DNA from: Candidatus Spechtbacterales bacterium
GTDB taxonomy: Bacteria > Patescibacteriota > Minisyncoccia > Spechtbacterales > 2-12-FULL-38-22
Assembly: GCA_040902285.1 (NCBI GenBank)
Contig: JBBDXP010000007.1
Coordinates: forward strand, 1,042-65,041
Reading direction: 5' to 3'
DNA length: 64,000 nucleotides
Part shown: one piece after another, positions 35,909 to 45,775 of the stretch
Layout of the letters: the number at the start of each line of letters is the position of its first letter
How positions within the stretch are numbered: position 1 is the first letter of the stretch
The notes under the pieces: model-generated
Seen by the model: the letters and a program-made list of their open reading frames with translations, nothing else
Told to the model about the DNA's origin: nothing
Databases searched by the model: none
Program-made: the position numbers and the translations under genes

Positions 35909-38900
35909 TTATTTTTTTATTATGCCTATTTTCATGTTGCCTCTGCCGTAATCTTCCGCTGCCCAGGGAAATTCCGCGGTTGCGTCATATTTTTTGCCGT
36001 CTAAACTATATTCCATTATCTTGGATGTGTTTGTATCTGAAATTATCCTGCTTTCCATTTTATACAAAGTTCCGCGCAACTGTTCCGGTAAAGAATAATG
36101 CACTATTATTTTTTTATCGGGCTTTAGGCCTAAAGATTTTCTTAATTTTTGTATGTGCCTTATAATTTCTCGCACCTGTCCCTCGAGCACTAAATCGGGA
36201 GATAAAACCGTTTTTAGCGCTGTGTTTCCGGCGTTAGTTTTTTCATATGCCCAATCTTTTTTATTTTTTATATTTGGCGATAAAACAATCTCTCTTACAT
36301 TCAGTTCTTCTTTTAGAAGAACTTGGTATTGTTTTTCCATACCTTTGGGCACGGCAAAAGATTCCAGGGGCTGACGAACTTTTATGGAATTTTCGGCTCT
36401 TAATTTTAATCCTGTTCCGGCCAGCTCTCTTACAAGTTCCATTTTATCCAACGCGCTCTTTTCCGCCTTTGATAATTTTTTGTAAACCGGAAATTTTTCC
36501 CAATGCACGCTCTTTGAATCGTCCGCGTTTACTTCCTGCCAAATATGTTCGGAAAGAAACGGGATAAAAGAGGCCGACATCTTGGATGTTTCGCCTAAAA
36601 CAAATGCCAATGTTCCGGCGGCGTCTTTAAGCGAATTTTTATCTTCGGGCCTCTGTAATCTTTCGCGGGAACGCCTTATGTACCAATTTGAAAGGTCTTC
36701 CACAACAAAATTATCCAACCCACGAGCCGCGTCAAGCACATTATACGCATCCATATTGCCGGCTGTTTTTTCTCCAAGTTCCCTTAAGCGCAACAGTATC
36801 CATTTGTCCAAAATATGTTTTGAATTTATTTTATTAATCAATTTGGGCGCTTTTTGCTTTGGCGCGTATGTTTTGAGAAAAACAAGAGAATTGTACAGTG
36901 TGGAAATAAATTTCTGCATGCGCTCCCGGACATCTTTTTCACTGAAGCGTTTAACAAACCCGGGACCGTTAACCGTAAAAAAGTACCATCGGACAGAATC
37001 CATTCCGTATTTTTCGGCCAAATAAAAAGGATCTACTATATTACCTTTGCTTTTAGACATTTTTTGGCCTCTTTCGTCCAAAACATGTCCTAAAGATATA
37101 ACATTTTTATAAGATGGCGCCTTTCCAAGAACCGCCGAAACGGCAAGCATTGTATAAAACCATCCCCTTGTCTGATCCACAGCTTCGGCTATATAATCGG
37201 CCGGATATATTTTTCCTTTTTCCAAATTTCTTTTATTTTCAAAAGGATAATGCGCCTGCGCAAAAGGCATCGCGCCCGAATCAAACCACACATCGGCCAA
37301 ATCCTCCACCCTGCGCATTACGCCGTTTTCGGAATTGCAAGCGGTACAAGGAAAATTTATAGCGTCTATATACGGCCTGTGAAAATCCAATTCTCCGAAC
37401 TTGTTGTAAGGAAACTTGCTGTATTTTATTTTACGCAGCCGGCCCACAAGCGGATAATTCTTGCTCCTTCTTGCAAATGCTTCTTTGGTTGTAAGACCCA
37501 AAAGCGCGCTTTCCAATAGCCATAAAGGGTCTCCATGGCTAATTATCAATATCTTTTTATTTTTATATTTGTTTTCCAGTTCGTTCGCGACTTTCAGCAT
37601 GCGCGCCTGAACGCTTATAAGGTTTTCGCCTTTCGGCGGAGCTTTGGTAAACCTTTCTTCGGTAGAAGAAAAAATGCCAAGATAATCCTTTTCAGAGTGG
37701 CCTTCAAAAATTCCTACGCTCACATCGACAAGGCGTTGATCATAAATAACTTTTTTTCCAAGCTCTTTTGCCACAATTTCCGCAGTTTGACGAGTGCGGG
37801 TTAGTGGAGATGCAACGATAATATCAACGCCGCCCAGTTTTTTAAGCTCCTTTGTCGCGCGCCTTATATCATTTATGCCCTTTGGGATTAGGCCATATTT
37901 GAGCCCCTTTTCGGGATATCTGCTTGCCAGTATGTTTTTAACGTTTCTTTCCGACATGCCATGCCTTAAAAAATAGTATTTATTCGCGCTCTTTGTCATT
38001 TTTGCTATATCCGCGCGCGAACCTATAACTTCTGTGTGTGCGCATTCGGCGCATTTCCATATGGGAAGAGGGGTGCCCCAATATCGGGAGCGTGAAAAAG
38101 CCCAATCCTTAACATCGCGCAGCCACTCCCCGAATCGCCCCTGCTTTATATATTCGGGAAACCAATTTATTTTTTCATTTGCCGCAAGCAGCGTTTTTTT
38201 AAGGTCGCCCATGCGCACAAACCATGATTGCATCGCGTAGTAAAGAAGAGGCGTGCCGCATCTCCAGCAAAAAGGATACGAGTGTTTGTAAGGAGAGGAT
38301 TTGTATAACAAATCTTTCGTTTTCAAATAATCTATTATTCCGGTCTCGGCGTTTTTTACGAATTGTCCCTTAAAATCTTTTACCCTGTCTGTAAAAAGGC
38401 CGTTTTCATCTACGGTGTGAATTTTTGGAAGGTCGAACTTTTCAGCCAATTTATAGTCGTCTTCTCCATACATAACGGCCGTGTGCACGATACCCGTACC
38501 GTCTTCCGTGCTGACAAAATCCGCATTCACAACTATGTGCTTGTTTACCGAATCAACGTCCTTAAGAGAATCGAACAGTGGCTCGTACTCAATATTCATG
38601 GCGGACAGTTCTTTTCCAGATATCTCCTTTACAAGCTCGTACTTTCCGTTCAAAACGCTCAGCAAATCTTTTGCCAAAATGTAATATTCATTCCCCTGCT
38701 TTGCTATAACATAAGTTATTTTAGAACCCACTGCCAAAGCCACATTTCCGGGCAATGTCCAGGGAGTTGTTGTCCAGGCCAAAAGATATGTCTTTGCCTT
38801 AAAATTATAAGAGGACGGATTTTTAACCCTGAATTTTACAAAAACCGATTCTTCCACAATGTCTTTATACCCCTGCGCCACCTCGTGAGAAGAAAGTCCC

Positions 38901-39436
38901 GTGCCGCATCTCGTGCACCTGGGGGTTACTTTGTGCCCCTCATAAAGAAGATTATTTTCCCAGGCATTTTTAATAACCCACCAAAGCGTTTCCATGTATA
39001 AAGGGTCATAAGTTATATACGGATCTTTCATATCTATCCAAAAACCCATTCTTTCGGTTAAAAATTCCCAATCGCTCTTATATTTCCAAACGGATTGGCG
39101 GCATTTTTCATTGAATCTCGCTACTCCGTATTTTTCTATGTCTTTTTTATTCTTTAATCCCAATGCCTTTTCCACTTCCAGTTCCACGGGCAATCCGTGC
39201 GTGTCCCAGCCGGCCCGCCTCTCAACTCTAAAACCGCGCATTGTTTTATAGCGGCATACTATGTCTTTAAAAGAACGTGCCAGAACATGGTGCAGTCCGG
39301 GCCTTCCATTCGCAGTCGGGGGACCTTCATAAAATATAAATTGCCTTTTTTTCGGCCTTCCCGAAACGCTTTTTTCAAATGCTCCGATGCGTTTCCAGTT
39401 TTCCAATATCCTGTTTTCGAGTTTGTTAAAATCCAT
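35909..39436 (-). CDS. ileS: isoleucyl-tRNA synthetase with a histidine-phosphatase-like domain inserted in the zinc-knuckle loop
   Basis: It has HHVLARS HIGH-like, KMSKS (QKMSKSKGN) and WCISR-like motifs. Total length is 1175 aa. Between WKCAEC (aa ~461-466) and CTAC (aa ~697-700) lies a ~220-aa insert with YYFLRHGMSE and ILIISHGDP motifs. Confidence 0.9.
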   Translation of the reverse strand: MDFNKLENRILENWKRIGAFEKSVSGRPKKRQFIFYEGPPTANGRPGLHHVLARSFKDIVCRYKTMRGFRVERRAGWDTHGLPVELEVEKALGLKNKKDIEKYGVARFNEKCRQSVWKYKSDWEFLTERMGFWIDMKDPYITYDPLYMETLWWVIKNAWENNLLYEGHKVTPRCTRCGTGLSSHEVAQGYKDIVEESVFVKFRVKNPSSYNFKAKTYLLAWTTTPWTLPGNVALAVGSKITYVIAKQGNEYYILAKDLLSVLNGKYELVKEISGKELSAMNIEYEPLFDSLKDVDSVNKHIVVNADFVSTEDGTGIVHTAVMYGEDDYKLAEKFDLPKIHTVDENGLFTDRVKDFKGQFVKNAETGIIDYLKTKDLLYKSSPYKHSYPFCWRCGTPLLYYAMQSWFVRMGDLKKTLLAANEKINWFPEYIKQGRFGEWLRDVKDWAFSRSRYWGTPLPIWKCAECAHTEVIGSRADIAKMTKSANKYYFLRHGMSERNVKNILASRYPEKGLKYGLIPKGINDIRRATKELKKLGGVDIIVASPLTRTRQTAEIVAKELGKKVIYDQRLVDVSVGIFEGHSEKDYLGIFSSTEERFTKAPPKGENLISVQARMLKVANELENKYKNKKILIISHGDPLWLLESALLGLTTKEAFARRSKNYPLVGRLRKIKYSKFPYNKFGELDFHRPYIDAINFPCTACNSENGVMRRVEDLADVWFDSGAMPFAQAHYPFENKRNLEKGKIYPADYIAEAVDQTRGWFYTMLAVSAVLGKAPSYKNVISLGHVLDERGQKMSKSKGNIVDPFYLAEKYGMDSVRWYFFTVNGPGFVKRFSEKDVRERMQKFISTLYNSLVFLKTYAPKQKAPKLINKINSKHILDKWILLRLRELGEKTAGNMDAYNVLDAARGLDNFVVEDLSNWYIRRSRERLQRPEDKNSLKDAAGTLAFVLGETSKMSASFIPFLSEHIWQEVNADDSKSVHWEKFPVYKKLSKAEKSALDKMELVRELAGTGLKLRAENSIKVRQPLESFAVPKGMEKQYQVLLKEELNVREIVLSPNIKNKKDWAYEKTNAGNTALKTVLSPDLVLEGQVREIIRHIQKLRKSLGLKPDKKIIVHYSLPEQLRGTLYKMESRIISDTNTSKIMEYSLDGKKYDATAEFPWAAEDYGRGNMKIGIIKK

Positions 39437-39446
39437 AATTTCTTGT

Positions 39447-41042
39447 TTACATCTTTTCTGGAGCTTTAATGCCTAAAAGCGCAAGACACTGCCTCATTAC
39501 AATTCCCGTAGCAACAGCCAGAGCATATCTGGCTTTTTTGTCGTTTTCGTCTTCTGTCAGCACTTTGAAATCTCTGTAAAATTGATTAAATTCCTGAGCC
39601 AGTTCCGTAACGTAACCCGATAGGCGATGCACCTGGTAATCCTCGGCTGTGTCTTTCGCAACATCGGGAAAAGCCGATATTTTGCGTACCAAATCAAACT
39701 CGCCCGCTTCTTTTAAAGCGCCGAGGTCAGATTTTTGTATTTCCTCTGTTATATTTATTTTTCTTAATATCCCGCATATTCTGGCATGCGTGTACTGTAT
39801 GTAATAAACCGGATTTTTTTGAGATTGCTTTTGAGCAAATTTAATATCAAATTCCATTTGGCTATCCAGGGATTTGGTAAGATAAAAAAACCTAACAGCA
39901 TCCAGACCTACGGTATTTATAAGATCCTCCACAGTAACGATTGTTCCTTTTCTTTTGGACAATTTACCGCCCCCTTTTAAAAGGACGACTTGCGCAATTA
40001 GCATAGTCACATTCTTTATGCCTAAAATTTTAAGAGCCGCTTTCATTCTGCCCACATGCCCGTGATGATCGGCGCCCCATATATCTATTATTTTTTTATA
40101 TCCCCGTTTTGCTTTATTGCGATGATATGCTAAATCCGGCAAAAAATAGGTCGGTTCTCCACTGCTTCTTACAAGAACCTGGTCTTGTTTGTCTCCGTAT
40201 TTTGAGGTTTTAAGCCAAAGCGCGCCTTCGTTTTTGTACACAACACCTTTTTTTTCGAGATCTTTTACGATTTTGTCCACTTCTTTCTTTTTGTATAAAT
40301 CTTCTTCTTCATACCACACATCGAACTTTACCTCCGCCTTGTTATCGAGAATACTCTTTATGTCTTCTTGTATTTTATTGGCGATAAAGTGTCCGGCCGC
40401 CCCGTAATCTTTAAATCGTTTAAGAGATTTGGCGTACTGTTTCATTTTTTTGCTTAAATAAGGGCCTTTATATGAGCTGCCCTTCCCAAGAACGGTTTTT
40501 CCAAGTTCTTTTATCTGCGAACTTTGCCGCGCATTGTTCACATAATATTCTCTTATTACCTTAAAGCCGGCAAATTCCATCACAGACGCCATAACATCCC
40601 CGTAAAAAAACGTGCGCGCGTGTCCGACATGCAATTCTCCGGTAGGATTAACAGAGCCAAATTCAATATTCACGCTCTTTTTTTTTGCGTTAGAGCTTCC
40701 GTACTGCTTGTCTTTGAATACTTTATTCAATTCTTTGAGCAAATAATCTTCGGATAAATAAAAGTTTATAAACCCGGGAGGGGCAACGCGTATATCTTTT
40801 ATGGCTTTGGCAAGCTTTTCATCTTTTAAAAGTTCCTCGCGCAGTATTTTGGCCACCGTTTTGGGTTTTCTGCCGGAAAAAGATGCTATTTGCATGGCAG
40901 TTGAAACCGAATAATCCCCGAAATCTCTTCTTTGAGGCCTTTCAACCCGCACATTAAAAGACGCGGGAGGGACATCTCCCTTGTTTTCCAGCTCCTGAAT
41001 TGATTTTTTTACGCTTCTTTGTATAGTGTCACGTACAGCCAT
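39447..41042 (-). CDS. argS: arginyl-tRNA synthetase
   Basis: HVGHARTFFYGDVMASVMEFAGFKVIREYYVNNARQ is the HVGH motif. A C-terminal DALR-type anticodon-binding domain is present. Confidence 0.9.
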   Translation of the reverse strand: MAVRDTIQRSVKKSIQELENKGDVPPASFNVRVERPQRRDFGDYSVSTAMQIASFSGRKPKTVAKILREELLKDEKLAKAIKDIRVAPPGFINFYLSEDYLLKELNKVFKDKQYGSSNAKKKSVNIEFGSVNPTGELHVGHARTFFYGDVMASVMEFAGFKVIREYYVNNARQSSQIKELGKTVLGKGSSYKGPYLSKKMKQYAKSLKRFKDYGAAGHFIANKIQEDIKSILDNKAEVKFDVWYEEEDLYKKKEVDKIVKDLEKKGVVYKNEGALWLKTSKYGDKQDQVLVRSSGEPTYFLPDLAYHRNKAKRGYKKIIDIWGADHHGHVGRMKAALKILGIKNVTMLIAQVVLLKGGGKLSKRKGTIVTVEDLINTVGLDAVRFFYLTKSLDSQMEFDIKFAQKQSQKNPVYYIQYTHARICGILRKINITEEIQKSDLGALKEAGEFDLVRKISAFPDVAKDTAEDYQVHRLSGYVTELAQEFNQFYRDFKVLTEDENDKKARYALAVATGIVMRQCLALLGIKAPEKM

Positions 41043-41134
41043 AAGATTGGTTAAACCACTAATTTACTTTATAACCCAATTTCGGCCACATAAAAAGAGC
41101 TTTCATTGTTATTTGCTAAGCCAATAGTTATTAT

Positions 41135-41608
41135 ATGAGTGTCACTCCTATGTCAGAAAAAGTTTACGCAAAAAATAAAAAGGCGTTTTTTGACTATAAT
41201 ATCCTTGATACTTATGAGGCAGGAATAAAGTTAAAGGGATATGAGGTCAAATCAATAAAAAAGGGGCTTGCGGATCTGCAGGGCAGTTTTGCAATTATAC
41301 GGGGGCAGGAAGCATACATAACAAATATGGCCGTGCCACCTTACCAGAAAGAAAATATACCTCAAAATTATGACGCCGAGCGCACAAGACAGCTTCTTTT
41401 GCATAAAAAACAGATAAAAGAATTGGAAGAAACGCTCAAAAGAGGCGGGTTGACTTTAATACCCCTTAAATTGTATAATAAGAAAGGTCTTGTGAAGGTT
41501 GAATTGGCGCTTTCCCGTGGAAAAAGAAAATACGACAAAAGACAGACAATAAAGAAAAGGGAAGACGAAAGAAAGATACGAAGATCATTGAAAAGATCAG
41601 GAGTGTGA
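41135..41608 (+). CDS. smpB: SsrA-binding protein
   Basis: KKAFFDYNILDTYEAGIKLKGYEVKSIK... is the conserved SmpB core. Confidence 0.9.
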   Translation: MSVTPMSEKVYAKNKKAFFDYNILDTYEAGIKLKGYEVKSIKKGLADLQGSFAIIRGQEAYITNMAVPPYQKENIPQNYDAERTRQLLLHKKQIKELEETLKRGGLTLIPLKLYNKKGLVKVELALSRGKRKYDKRQTIKKREDERKIRRSLKRSGV

Positions 41609-41632
41609 GATTCTGTTCGAATCTCACACTCC
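41600..41632 (+). promoter_or_regulatory. perfect 14-bp hairpin spanning the smpB stop codon and abutting the tmRNA 5' end (terminator or processing structure)
   Basis: GGAGTGTGAGATTC-TGTTC-GAATCTCACACTCC. Confidence 0.4.
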
Positions 41633-41635
41633 TAT

Positions 41636-41986
41636 GGGAGCGGCTTACGCGGCTTCGATAAGTTCTTATTAGTATAAATTGCAGATCGAGTGCGCCTGAA
41701 TCTCGCAAAACTTCGGGCAACCCTTTAAGTGCAAACAAACAACCAGCACTTGCTTACGCATAAATTCCGTAAGCCATCGCACTAAATGATTCCTGATAGT
41801 TTAGATGCGGTGTCATTCATCAGGATAGCCAAACGCTCGTCCGCGCGTTCGGTGAAAATTAGGGCTAGGATATTACGGTGTTTTGTTTATTTTTTAGCCG
41901 TTTTATCCGAACAATAAAAATAAACTATATCTGTAGACATTTATGCCGATACGGCTTACACAGGGGTTCGAATCCCCTCGCTTCCA
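41636..41986 (+). ncRNA. ssrA: tmRNA (ssrA), ~351 nt
   Basis: The 5' GGGAGCG pairs with the 3' CGCUUCC, including a G3:U70 alanine identity pair. The T-arm is GGGGTTCGAATCCCC, then discriminator A. The internal tag ORF GCA AAC AAA CAA CCA GCA CTT GCT TAC GCA TAA encodes ANKQPALAYA* at 41731-41763. It is located immediately after smpB. Confidence 0.8.
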
Positions 41987-42014
41987 CATTAGTGTTAAAA
42001 ATTTAAGTTAAAAT

Positions 42015-42548
42015 TTGATACCCTATAGAAATTTCCAAAAAAATAATCAATCTCGCAAAAACGAGCAGATTAAGGCGCCTGAAGTACGCCTTTTAGATGA
42101 AAAGGGAAATAATTTAGGGATTGTAAAAACAATAGAAGCTATAAATAAAGCCCGCGAAAGTGGGCTTGATTTGATTGAAATATCCCCAAAAGCTAACCCT
42201 CCTGTGGCGCGTATAATGGACTTTGGAAAATATACATACCAACAGGAAAAAAAGCAAAAAGACGCCAAAAAGAAGCAGGAAATAGGAAATGTGATGAAAG
42301 GCGTTCGCATAGGTATGCAAACATCTGAACATGATACAGGCATAAAGGCCTCCAGAGTAGACAAGTTTTTAAAAAAAGGTTATAAAGTCAGGGTTGAATT
42401 GATAATGCGGGGCCGAGAAAAAGCTCTTGAAGACATGGCTAACACGAAGATAAATAATTTTTTATCCTCTCTCGGTGAAGAACATGAGGTTGAACAGGGT
42501 CCTAAAAAAAGCCCGCGTGGAATATACCTGATACTTAAAAAGAAATAA
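42015..42548 (+). CDS. infC: translation initiation factor IF-3
   Basis: KAPEVRLLDEKGNNLGIVKTIEAINKARESGLDLIEISPKANPPVARIMDFGKY is the conserved IF-3 N-domain. Non-ATG start (TTG in the track; true start uncertain). Confidence 0.88.
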   Translation: MIPYRNFQKNNQSRKNEQIKAPEVRLLDEKGNNLGIVKTIEAINKARESGLDLIEISPKANPPVARIMDFGKYTYQQEKKQKDAKKKQEIGNVMKGVRIGMQTSEHDTGIKASRVDKFLKKGYKVRVELIMRGREKALEDMANTKINNFLSSLGEEHEVEQGPKKSPRGIYLILKKK

Positions 42549-42760
42549 TGGCACGAATTACAAAACAAAAACTTAAAACAAAAAAGGCCGTAGCAAAGCG
42601 TTTTAAAATAACGGCCAAAGGAAAAGTTATGCGCAGGCGTGCCGGCATAAGCCATTTAAACGCGAAACAGTCCGGAGCGCAAAGAAGAGAAAAAAGAAAA
42701 TGGAGCCGAGTATCCAAAGCTGAAGAAAATAAATTAAAAAAACTTTTGCCTTATAGCTAA
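42548..42760 (+). CDS. rpmI: 50S ribosomal protein L35
   Basis: MARITKQKLKTKKAVAKRFKITAKGKVMRRRAG matches L35. It lies in the infC-rpmI-rplT operon. Confidence 0.88.
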   Translation: MARITKQKLKTKKAVAKRFKITAKGKVMRRRAGISHLNAKQSGAQRREKRKWSRVSKAEENKLKKLLPYS

Positions 42761-42782
42761 CAAGTTCAGGCTTTAAAAAACT

Positions 42783-43127
42783 ATGCCTAGATCAAAACGA
42801 GGAACATTAAGAACCAAAAAAAGAAAAAAAGTATTACAACATACCAAGGGCTTCAAATGGCGAAGGAAAAATGTTTTCCGTTTGGCTAAAGACGCGATGC
42901 GTCATGCCATGGCAAACGCGTTTGTTGGAAGAAAACAGAAAAAAAGAAATATGCGCCAGTTGTGGCAAATAAAGATAAACGCCGCATCCCGCAAAAATGA
43001 CACTACATACAGCAAATTCATGCATGCTTTAAAGCAGAAAAATATCGAACTGGATAGAAAGGTTTTAGCCGATCTTGCCGAAAACGACCCCGAAGTATTC
43101 GCTAAGCTCGTCGAAAAAGTAAGGTAA
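42783..43127 (+). CDS. rplT: 50S ribosomal protein L20
   Basis: MPRSKRGTLRTKKRKKVLQHTKGFKWRRKNVFRLAKDAMRHAMANAFVGRKQKKR matches L20. Confidence 0.9.
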   Translation: MPRSKRGTLRTKKRKKVLQHTKGFKWRRKNVFRLAKDAMRHAMANAFVGRKQKKRNMRQLWQIKINAASRKNDTTYSKFMHALKQKNIELDRKVLADLAENDPEVFAKLVEKVR

Positions 43128-43147
43128 AAACAAAAGCAGTCAATATT

Positions 43148-43173
43148 AAATCCCTCCTTGCAAGGAGGGATTT
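43148..43173. terminator. bidirectional hairpin terminator between rplT and the convergent vWA operon
   Basis: AAATCCCTCC-TTGCAA-GGAGGGATTT. Confidence 0.55.
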
Positions 43174-44258
43174 TAGTAAAATTTTCTATAAAATGAAAGA
43201 ACTAATACGGACAACCAAAGAGGGAAAAAGAGCAACCATGCCATGTCGGTTGCGCGCAATACCTCGCTAGTTTGTATAACTTGATAGTCCGAGGACAGGG
43301 TGGAATTTATATAAGAAATTATTTCTTCCGATTGCTTATAGTTAAAGTATTGTCCTTCGGTTCCATCTGAAATTCTCGCTAAATTCTCTTCTTCCAATAC
43401 CGAATTGAATACTCCGACATTCGTTAACTTAGCATATTCCCCGGTAAACACTCCGTTATCATCGAACAGGGGGATTTTCCATCCGTTCTCGGATCCTATT
43501 CCTACTGAAATTACCGAGAGGTTGGCCTGGCGAAGCAAACTAATCGCTTCACCAAATCCTTGCGACGGACTCTGGCCGTCAGCAAGAAGTATGACATGTG
43601 ATACATTTGCCAATTCGGGAACCGACATCTTTTTTTTTGCAACCACCGCCAAAGCGTTGGGTAAAGTTGATCCTTCGTGCGATATAATGCCAACATGCAA
43701 GCTGTTTTTGACCGCATCCGTTAAACTTTCATAATCCGAAGTCAAATTAGTCAAAGAAAATGTTAATCCGGAAAATCCGTAAATCTGAAACCTTGCTGTT
43801 CCTGTTTCGTCTATGATTTTCTGAACCAACTGGCGCGCAAGCCCCATCTGGCTTTCTCCATCAGGTGTTGGTCTCGCATCCATACTGCGCGAAACATCCA
43901 CCATGATTATGTAATCTCCCCGAGGAGTTGTTTCAGGAGGACCATATTCTACAATTTGAGGGCCTACTATCAGGGCGCTTAAGCTTCCGAGCAAAATGCC
44001 CCATGTAACTGCCAAAGCAACATATATTTTGAATGATCCCGCTCGCATCTTAAACGCTCTTAGGAAAGAATTATCAGCCCTGCGAGAATAAAAGAATATA
44101 AGCGTTGCAACAATGGGAATAAAGATTAACAGGACAAGAAATTCCGGGCGGGCGAATTCTATCTGCCCGCCCCTTGAAAGAGCTTTAATAACTTCGTTCA
44201 TTGCCTTCATTCCTTCCCGGTTTTTCACCATCCCCGGGATACTGCTCATAAAACTCAT
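43173..44258 (-). CDS. membrane-anchored von Willebrand factor A domain protein (BatB-like)
   Basis: N-terminal TM helices are followed by a vWA MIDAS motif (IIMVDVSRSMDA). Confidence 0.65.
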   Translation of the reverse strand: MSFMSSIPGMVKNREGMKAMNEVIKALSRGGQIEFARPEFLVLLIFIPIVATLIFFYSRRADNSFLRAFKMRAGSFKIYVALAVTWGILLGSLSALIVGPQIVEYGPPETTPRGDYIIMVDVSRSMDARPTPDGESQMGLARQLVQKIIDETGTARFQIYGFSGLTFSLTNLTSDYESLTDAVKNSLHVGIISHEGSTLPNALAVVAKKKMSVPELANVSHVILLADGQSPSQGFGEAISLLRQANLSVISVGIGSENGWKIPLFDDNGVFTGEYAKLTNVGVFNSVLEEENLARISDGTEGQYFNYKQSEEIISYINSTLSSDYQVIQTSEVLRATDMAWLLFFPLWLSVLVLSFYRKFY

Positions 44259-44724
44259 CTATCATCTGCTGAGCATCCTCGGGATTTTCACCCCTCTTGG
44301 CAAGTTCTTTCTGCAATGTTTCAAGCAGAAGATTCTGCACCAATTCCAGATTTTTTCTTATATCCGTATCTTGAGGACTGCCCCTTAGAGCTTCCTCCAG
44401 AATGTTTCTGATTTGGAAAAGAGCATCGGAATCCAGATCATCTCGGTAAAGCATTGCCAGCGCAAGGTTGTACTTAGCGCTAACACTTATATCGGGTTCA
44501 TCGGATGCGGAAATAATCGCTTCGGCGAATCTTTCCTGCGCCTTTTCTATCTCTTGTTTTTCCAAAAGCGCCACTCCGTCGTTGTAAACGGAGTGCGGGC
44601 CGGACTCGCCAAACATAATTGAAAAAGCGGCTGAAACAGCTAAAACCAATCCCAGAATGGCGAGAAGAATGATAGCAGCTTCTCTCCATAAATGTCTAAA
44701 CAACTGTTTTGCCGAGCCGATCAT
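44185..44724 (-). CDS. TPR-repeat membrane protein (BatC-like)
   Basis: A TM helix is followed by TPR-like helical repeats (AKYNLALAMLYRDDLDSDALFQIRNILEEAL). The start was trimmed to MIGSAK so that it abuts the upstream vWA gene. Confidence 0.45.
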   Translation of the reverse strand: MIGSAKQLFRHLWREAAIILLAILGLVLAVSAAFSIMFGESGPHSVYNDGVALLEKQEIEKAQERFAEAIISASDEPDISVSAKYNLALAMLYRDDLDSDALFQIRNILEEALRGSPQDTDIRKNLELVQNLLLETLQKELAKRGENPEDAQQMIDEFYEQYPGDGEKPGRNEGNERSY

Positions 44725-44725
44725 T

Positions 44726-45772
44726 CTATCCACCTCCTCTCGCTCGCCTAAGTAACATTTCGCCAGCAATGGCAAAAATAAACAGGAATCCAAAAACTGC
44801 CAGTCCTGTCTGCAACCTCAAATCATTTTTCTCCGCGGGTACCACCTCTTTTATGATAAGAGGGGAAGATTCCAATTCGGAGATGCGCTCGTATGCCTCA
44901 GACATATCCGCTCCCAAACTCGCATTGAACACCCAAACCCTCGGGTTTTTTGCCATCCTTTGCCTAAACATATCAATCGTTTTTTCATTGCGGGAATTTG
45001 CCAAGACATACACTCGTATGCCGTTTTTGGTAAGAGAGTTAATTGCCTCCTCAACTTCTCCCAGGCGATCCTGCAGGTCCGTCAGAAGAATAACAGCTCC
45101 GTCCCTAAGGCCCTCTTCCACATATATGTCGTAGAATACTTGCCCCGCGGCATAAAGTGCCCTGGGCGTATGCGTGCCACCGGAAAAAATAGACAATTGC
45201 GATCCGCCAAATTCCCCGTAGGGTCCTCTCATCGGACGATTGATATTCATGTACGCCAACTCCCTTGCCAAATCTTTGGTTTCGAGCGTCGGGCGGCGCC
45301 ATATGAGAGACCAATCGGAATAGAATATGAATCCGGCCCGTATATTTTCCTGCGACTCAAGAAAGTCAACTGCTTGATCTCTCGACATTTCAAAGACGGT
45401 TTGTTCCCCGGAGGGACTTTTTAACTTCATGCTCCCTGAGACGTCAAGCGCCACCATTATTGTGCGTACATTCTCTATGGTACGCGTTCTGGAAATCTCT
45501 CCAACATTCTGGCTGTAAGGCCCGGCTGTTGTCGCTCCAATACCTACAATCGCTAATGCCAAAAAGAACATGCGCATATAAGAGGCGGTTCTGGCTTTTC
45601 TGATTTGCTTCTTGTAAATATCCTTCAATTCAGCGAGGCCGATATCTCCCTTTTGGCGTTTTTTCATTTGGAGCAATTTTACTGTTACAAGCAAGCCGGC
45701 CAAGAAAATTCCCGCCAGTAAGAAAACTGGGGAGGCAAATTGAAGGTCTTTCAACTCAAGTAAAAGATCCAT
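44726..45772 (-). CDS. membrane-anchored vWA domain protein (BatA-like)
   Basis: Two N-terminal TM helices are followed by a vWA MIDAS motif (IMVALDVSGSM). Confidence 0.65.
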   Translation of the reverse strand: MDLLLELKDLQFASPVFLLAGIFLAGLLVTVKLLQMKKRQKGDIGLAELKDIYKKQIRKARTASYMRMFFLALAIVGIGATTAGPYSQNVGEISRTRTIENVRTIMVALDVSGSMKLKSPSGEQTVFEMSRDQAVDFLESQENIRAGFIFYSDWSLIWRRPTLETKDLARELAYMNINRPMRGPYGEFGGSQLSIFSGGTHTPRALYAAGQVFYDIYVEEGLRDGAVILLTDLQDRLGEVEEAINSLTKNGIRVYVLANSRNEKTIDMFRQRMAKNPRVWVFNASLGADMSEAYERISELESSPLIIKEVVPAEKNDLRLQTGLAVFGFLFIFAIAGEMLLRRARGGG

Positions 45773-45775
45773 TTT

